Shown: piece by piece, positions 58,271 to 58,483 of the stretch
Position numbering within the stretch: the stretch's first letter is position 1
Layout: each line of letters begins with the position of its first letter
From: Eubacteriales bacterium
GTDB taxonomy: Bacteria > Bacillota > Clostridia > Oscillospirales > CAG-272
Direction of reading: 5' to 3'
Length of the DNA stretch: 58,483 bases
NCBI GenBank assembly: GCA_045652835.1
Contig: JAZOLE010000180.1
Span: 1-58,483 of the forward strand
Notes under the pieces: model-generated
What the model was told of the DNA's origin: nothing
The model's database searches: none
Seen by the model: the letters and a program-made list of their open reading frames with translations, nothing else
Made by a program: the position numbers and the translations under genes

Positions 58271-58299
58271 ATGGCAGAACTGTCGGCTTTTTTGTTTTG
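58253..58299 (+). terminator. leader (expression-platform) intrinsic terminator
   Basis: CTGATGG(C)TTCTGCtactatgGCAGAACTGTCGG followed by CTTTTTTGTTTTG. The 5' arm overlaps the 3' strand of the putative aptamer. Confidence 0.65.
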
Positions 58300-58320
58300 C
58301 CAATACTTTTGGAGGTATCT

Positions 58321-58483
58321 ATGCTCACTTCACTCGCGCTTATCTTTCTCGTTGGACTCTCCCTTGCCGTCATTTTCGGCAAACTCAAATTGCCGCGACT
58401 TATCGGCATGCTGCTTACGGGCATCTTGCTCGGACCTTTTGTGTTGGATTTTCTTGATCCGCAGATCCTCGGTATCTCTGCCG
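58321..58483 (+). CDS. cation:proton antiporter (CPA family), N-terminal fragment running off the window
   Basis: GGAGG RBS. Own translation is MLTSLALIFLVGLSLAVIFGKLKLPRLIGMLLTGILLGPFVLDFL, a typical Na+/H+-exchanger N-terminus. Confidence 0.7.
   Translation, partial: MLTSLALIFLVGLSLAVIFGKLKLPRLIGMLLTGILLGPFVLDFLDPQILGISA

Noticed and set aside
58205-58320. Alternative riboswitch classes for the antiporter leader: c-di-AMP (ydaO), Na+/Li+ and Mn2+.
   Set aside because: The aptamer-sized portion is only about 50-60 nt, too short for the ydaO or yybP classes. I could not align their conserved cores. The crcB-motif alignment is much better.

Overview
58.5-kb chromosomal segment that reads like an endospore-forming Clostridia-type Firmicute. 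The taxonomic placement is an inference from spoIIID, a pdaA-like deacetylase, DUF1540, and AGGAGG-type RBSs with consensus sigma-A promoters and hairpin plus T-run terminators. I support about 50 CDS, 2 tRNAs, 1 candidate riboswitch, and several promoters and terminators. No CRISPR array, integrase, transposase or prophage genes were seen.

Most of the window is housekeeping:
- argG-argH.
- An apgM-like::lepB fusion followed by rbgA, rnhB, a YraN-family gene, a dipeptidase and thrC on one strand.
- tig-clpP-clpX.
- pgi and a D-Ala-D-Ala carboxypeptidase.
- A sugar-salvage cluster: nucleotidyltransferase, NahK-like kinase, galE, galM.
- A Crp-family regulator with an ABC importer.
- Two GH78 alpha-L-rhamnosidases.

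Things worth a second look:
1. A very low-GC orphan gene with a degenerate HNH-like zinc-finger N-terminus, wedged between adh and tRNA-Pro.
2. A tight operon of ADP-ribosylglycohydrolase, an ImmA-like HExxH protein, cdd and pcp, with a divergent internally repeated protein behind a palindromic operator.
3. An in-frame fusion of a cofactor-independent phosphoglycerate-mutase-like enzyme to signal peptidase I.
4. A probable fluoride (crcB-motif) riboswitch in front of a cation:proton antiporter.
5. A second low-GC membrane-protein gene next to a tRNA-Val locus that carries a 70-nt direct repeat and a tRNA T-arm remnant.
6. A small P-loop ATPase followed by a SecB-like chaperone.
7. A cysteine-cluster protein.

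All functional calls come from motif recognition by eye. No database search was run.
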